In this document: piece by piece, positions 31,604 to 33,091 of the stretch
Position numbering within the stretch: position 1 is the stretch's first letter
Layout: every line of letters starts with the position of its first letter
NCBI GenBank assembly: GCA_038063335.1
Contig: JBBTVF010000033.1
Location: forward strand, 1-33,091
Origin: Patescibacteria group bacterium
Lineage (GTDB): Bacteria > Patescibacteriota > Minisyncoccia > UBA6257 > UBA9933
Reading direction: 5' to 3'
Length of the DNA: 33,091 nt
Program-made: the position numbers and the translations under genes
The notes under the pieces: generated by a model
The model's input: the letters and a program-made list of their open reading frames with translations, nothing else
The model's database searches: none
What the model was told of the DNA's origin: nothing

Positions 31604-32458
31604 ATGACAGATAAATTCTTAATAGAAAATGGTTATATTCCGTTAGATAAATCATGGATGATAAGAATTGGGATACTTGATTTAATTAATGGTTATGACG
31701 ATACTATAAATTATTTAGAGCAACACAAAAACGAATTAAGTGATGACCTAAAAGCTCTTTACCAAGCGTCAATTCAATGGAAAAACAACCAAGATGATAT
31801 TGACGTTGGCGAATCCGGAACATTATATAGATTTCTAAAATTCGCCTCTTGGAAACTCAATAAAAATAAAAAATTTATCCTTCACGGCACACTCAAAAAT
31901 AGAAAAATTTGTGATAATTCCGAGATTATTGACTGGCCGTTAGATAAATTATTAACGCTTAATAACGGAACTTCACAATGGGCCAGCGTTTCAATTTTAA
32001 TGGGTAGCCAGGAAAAAATTTTCAATCCGCCCCATAAACTACAAATAACCTATGACGCGGTAGAGCATTGGGATAAAGCAAGAAAAGAATCAAAATTATG
32101 GAAACCGCGATACGACAAAACAATTCTTGCGCAAGCGCTTGCTTATATAGATTGGCGTAAAAATGGGAAGATGAAATTTACCTCCCATCAAGCGGAAGAT
32201 TACTGTTTCGCACGCGCTTTTGATTTAATGACCGCGGAGGAAGGAGAAAAATTATGGCCCAGTTTAAGGGGTCACGAAAGCGATAGAATAAGCGAGATGG
32301 AGAAAGCGCTTAATGAAGAAGAAATCACTTCTACTGATCACAGGGTTGTTCAGGCAGTTTCTATATTAAAAGGCAATAAGGTTAAAATAAAATATCCGAA
32401 TGCCGTAAATAAAAGCTGGCCACAATTTTGGAAATTTTTAGAAAATTTTAAAAATTAA
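31604..32458 (+). CDS. Cassette 3 ORF: truncated EPSP-synthase / enolpyruvyl-transferase-fold protein
   Basis: 284 aa. LDKSWMIRIGIL, VGESGTLYRFL (compare LGNAGTAMRPL), GTSQWASVSILM (compare SSQFLTALLM), LRGHESDRISEM (compare RVKETDRL.AM), TDHRVVQAVS (compare NDHRMAM), NKSWPQFWKFL (compare AKTFPDYFEQL). About 150 aa shorter than AroA as remembered. Confidence 0.55.
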   Translation: MTDKFLIENGYIPLDKSWMIRIGILDLINGYDDTINYLEQHKNELSDDLKALYQASIQWKNNQDDIDVGESGTLYRFLKFASWKLNKNKKFILHGTLKNRKICDNSEIIDWPLDKLLTLNNGTSQWASVSILMGSQEKIFNPPHKLQITYDAVEHWDKARKESKLWKPRYDKTILAQALAYIDWRKNGKMKFTSHQAEDYCFARAFDLMTAEEGEKLWPSLRGHESDRISEMEKALNEEEITSTDHRVVQAVSILKGNKVKIKYPNAVNKSWPQFWKFLENFKN

Positions 32459-32564
32459 AAGGAGCTATTTAATTAGGAATGTTTATTTTTTAAAACTCAA
32501 GGGAACGCTAGCGCTTTTGACTTCTCTTTTTACTTAATTTCATAAGGAAAAAAGTCAAACCCTC

Positions 32565-32725
32565 GCCTAACAAAGAATAAAAGGAAAATACCTCGGCTCG
32601 GCATTTTCCCAAATCCCACGCTGTGGTAAAATTAAGCCAGTAGCAACTTAAGAAGTTTTGAGAATAAAATAAGTTTTACGCCATTAAATACGGCACGGGA
32701 CTTCTTTTATTCTTAAACGTTGTGC
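32565..32725 (+). repeat. attC-like site of cassette 3 (161 bp)
   Basis: R'' GCCTAAC (32565-32571). L'' AAAGAATAAAAGGA pairs with L' TTCTTTTATTCTT. R' GTTGTGC (32719-32725). Confidence 0.7.
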
Positions 32726-32762
32726 GAAATAAAATTTTTTATTACTTAACGTAAAAATCATT

Positions 32763-33020
32763 ATGGACATTGAAATCGTAGGTTTTGCTGGTTCGGCAAT
32801 CATCGCATCAGCCCTTATACCTCAGGTGATTAAATCATGGACAACTAAATCAACGGAAGATATTTCCTTGCTGTGGAATTCTTTACTTTTAACAGGGCTG
32901 ATACTCTTTGTAATATATGGTATTGGTATAAAAAGTCGTCCCATAATGATTTTTACTACGATTGAAGCGTCTCTTACACTGTCTTTGTTAATATTAAAGT
33001 TGACGCATAAAAAACGATAA
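32763..33020 (+). CDS. Cassette 4 ORF: SemiSWEET / PQ-loop family small transporter
   Basis: 85 aa with three TM helices. The PQ motif in helix 1 (ALIPQVIKSWTTKSTEDIS) matches bacterial SemiSWEETs as remembered. Confidence 0.8.
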   Translation: MDIEIVGFAGSAIIASALIPQVIKSWTTKSTEDISLLWNSLLLTGLILFVIYGIGIKSRPIMIFTTIEASLTLSLLILKLTHKKR

Positions 33021-33033
33021 AAAATTTTACATC

Positions 33034-33091
33034 GCCCAACACGGCACATGCGGTTCATCCCGCCTTCATTGTATATATCAAGGAATGGCGG
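33034..33091 (+). repeat. attC-like site of cassette 4, truncated by the window end
   Basis: 33029-33091 is identical over 63 nt to 31372-31434, the R''/L'' half of the cassette 2 attC. Confidence 0.85.

Larger units (their letters stand above)
28867..33091. mobile_element. Integron: recombinase gene, attI-like site and at least 4 gene cassettes; the array runs off the window end
   Basis: Recombinase faces an array of ORFs. Each ORF is followed by an imperfect palindrome bounded by RYYYAAC (left) and GTTRRRY-like (right). Each cassette start is complementary to its own end, as expected for a crossover at G|TT. Confidence 0.8.

Noticed and set aside
1-33091. Alternative genetic code (UGA recoding, as in some CPR lineages).
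   Set aside because: All long conserved genes (rpoB, rpoC, tsaD, pheS, fmt, def) read through uninterrupted and end appropriately with the standard code. TGA is used as a stop, for example in the GIY-YIG gene.

Overview
AT-rich bacterial chromosomal window. By inference it comes from a small-genome Patescibacteria/CPR-type organism: compact rpoB, tightly packed genes, standard genetic code. Order of content: (1) rplJ (5' partial) and rplL. (2) A tRNA-Val(CAC) gene nested inside the D-loop of a second tRNA-Val(CAC)-like gene, held in a GC-rich palindromic element. (3) A co-directional ~11.4 kb operon (2247-13613) encoding two membrane proteins, four large paralogous cysteine-rich zinc-ribbon repeat proteins, a TraD/TrwB/VirD4-like P-loop ATPase, CutA, a small ORF and a YggT-like protein. 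A second, convergent paralogous ATPase and a GIY-YIG gene bracketed by a 20-bp inverted repeat follow it. (4) Housekeeping genes: a PheRS alpha subunit fused to an FDX-ACB domain (mitochondrial-type monomeric architecture), tRNA-Glu, VKOR, tsaD, a SEDS protein, mltG, rpoB and rpoC. (5) On the minus strand, a translationally coupled integrase-def-fmt unit. The integrase faces an attI-like region and an array of at least four gene cassettes separated by long attC-like imperfect palindromes with RYYYAAC / GTTRRRY cores, which is an integron. The cassettes encode an unknown protein, a G+C-richer self-contained reverse-oriented gene, a truncated EPSP-synthase-fold protein and a SemiSWEET-like transporter. 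Short heptamer tandem repeats and a CCCCCACACC palindromic element are embedded in frame in essential genes (tsaD, fmt). All homology calls come from motif recognition by eye and from remembered reference sequences. No searches were run.
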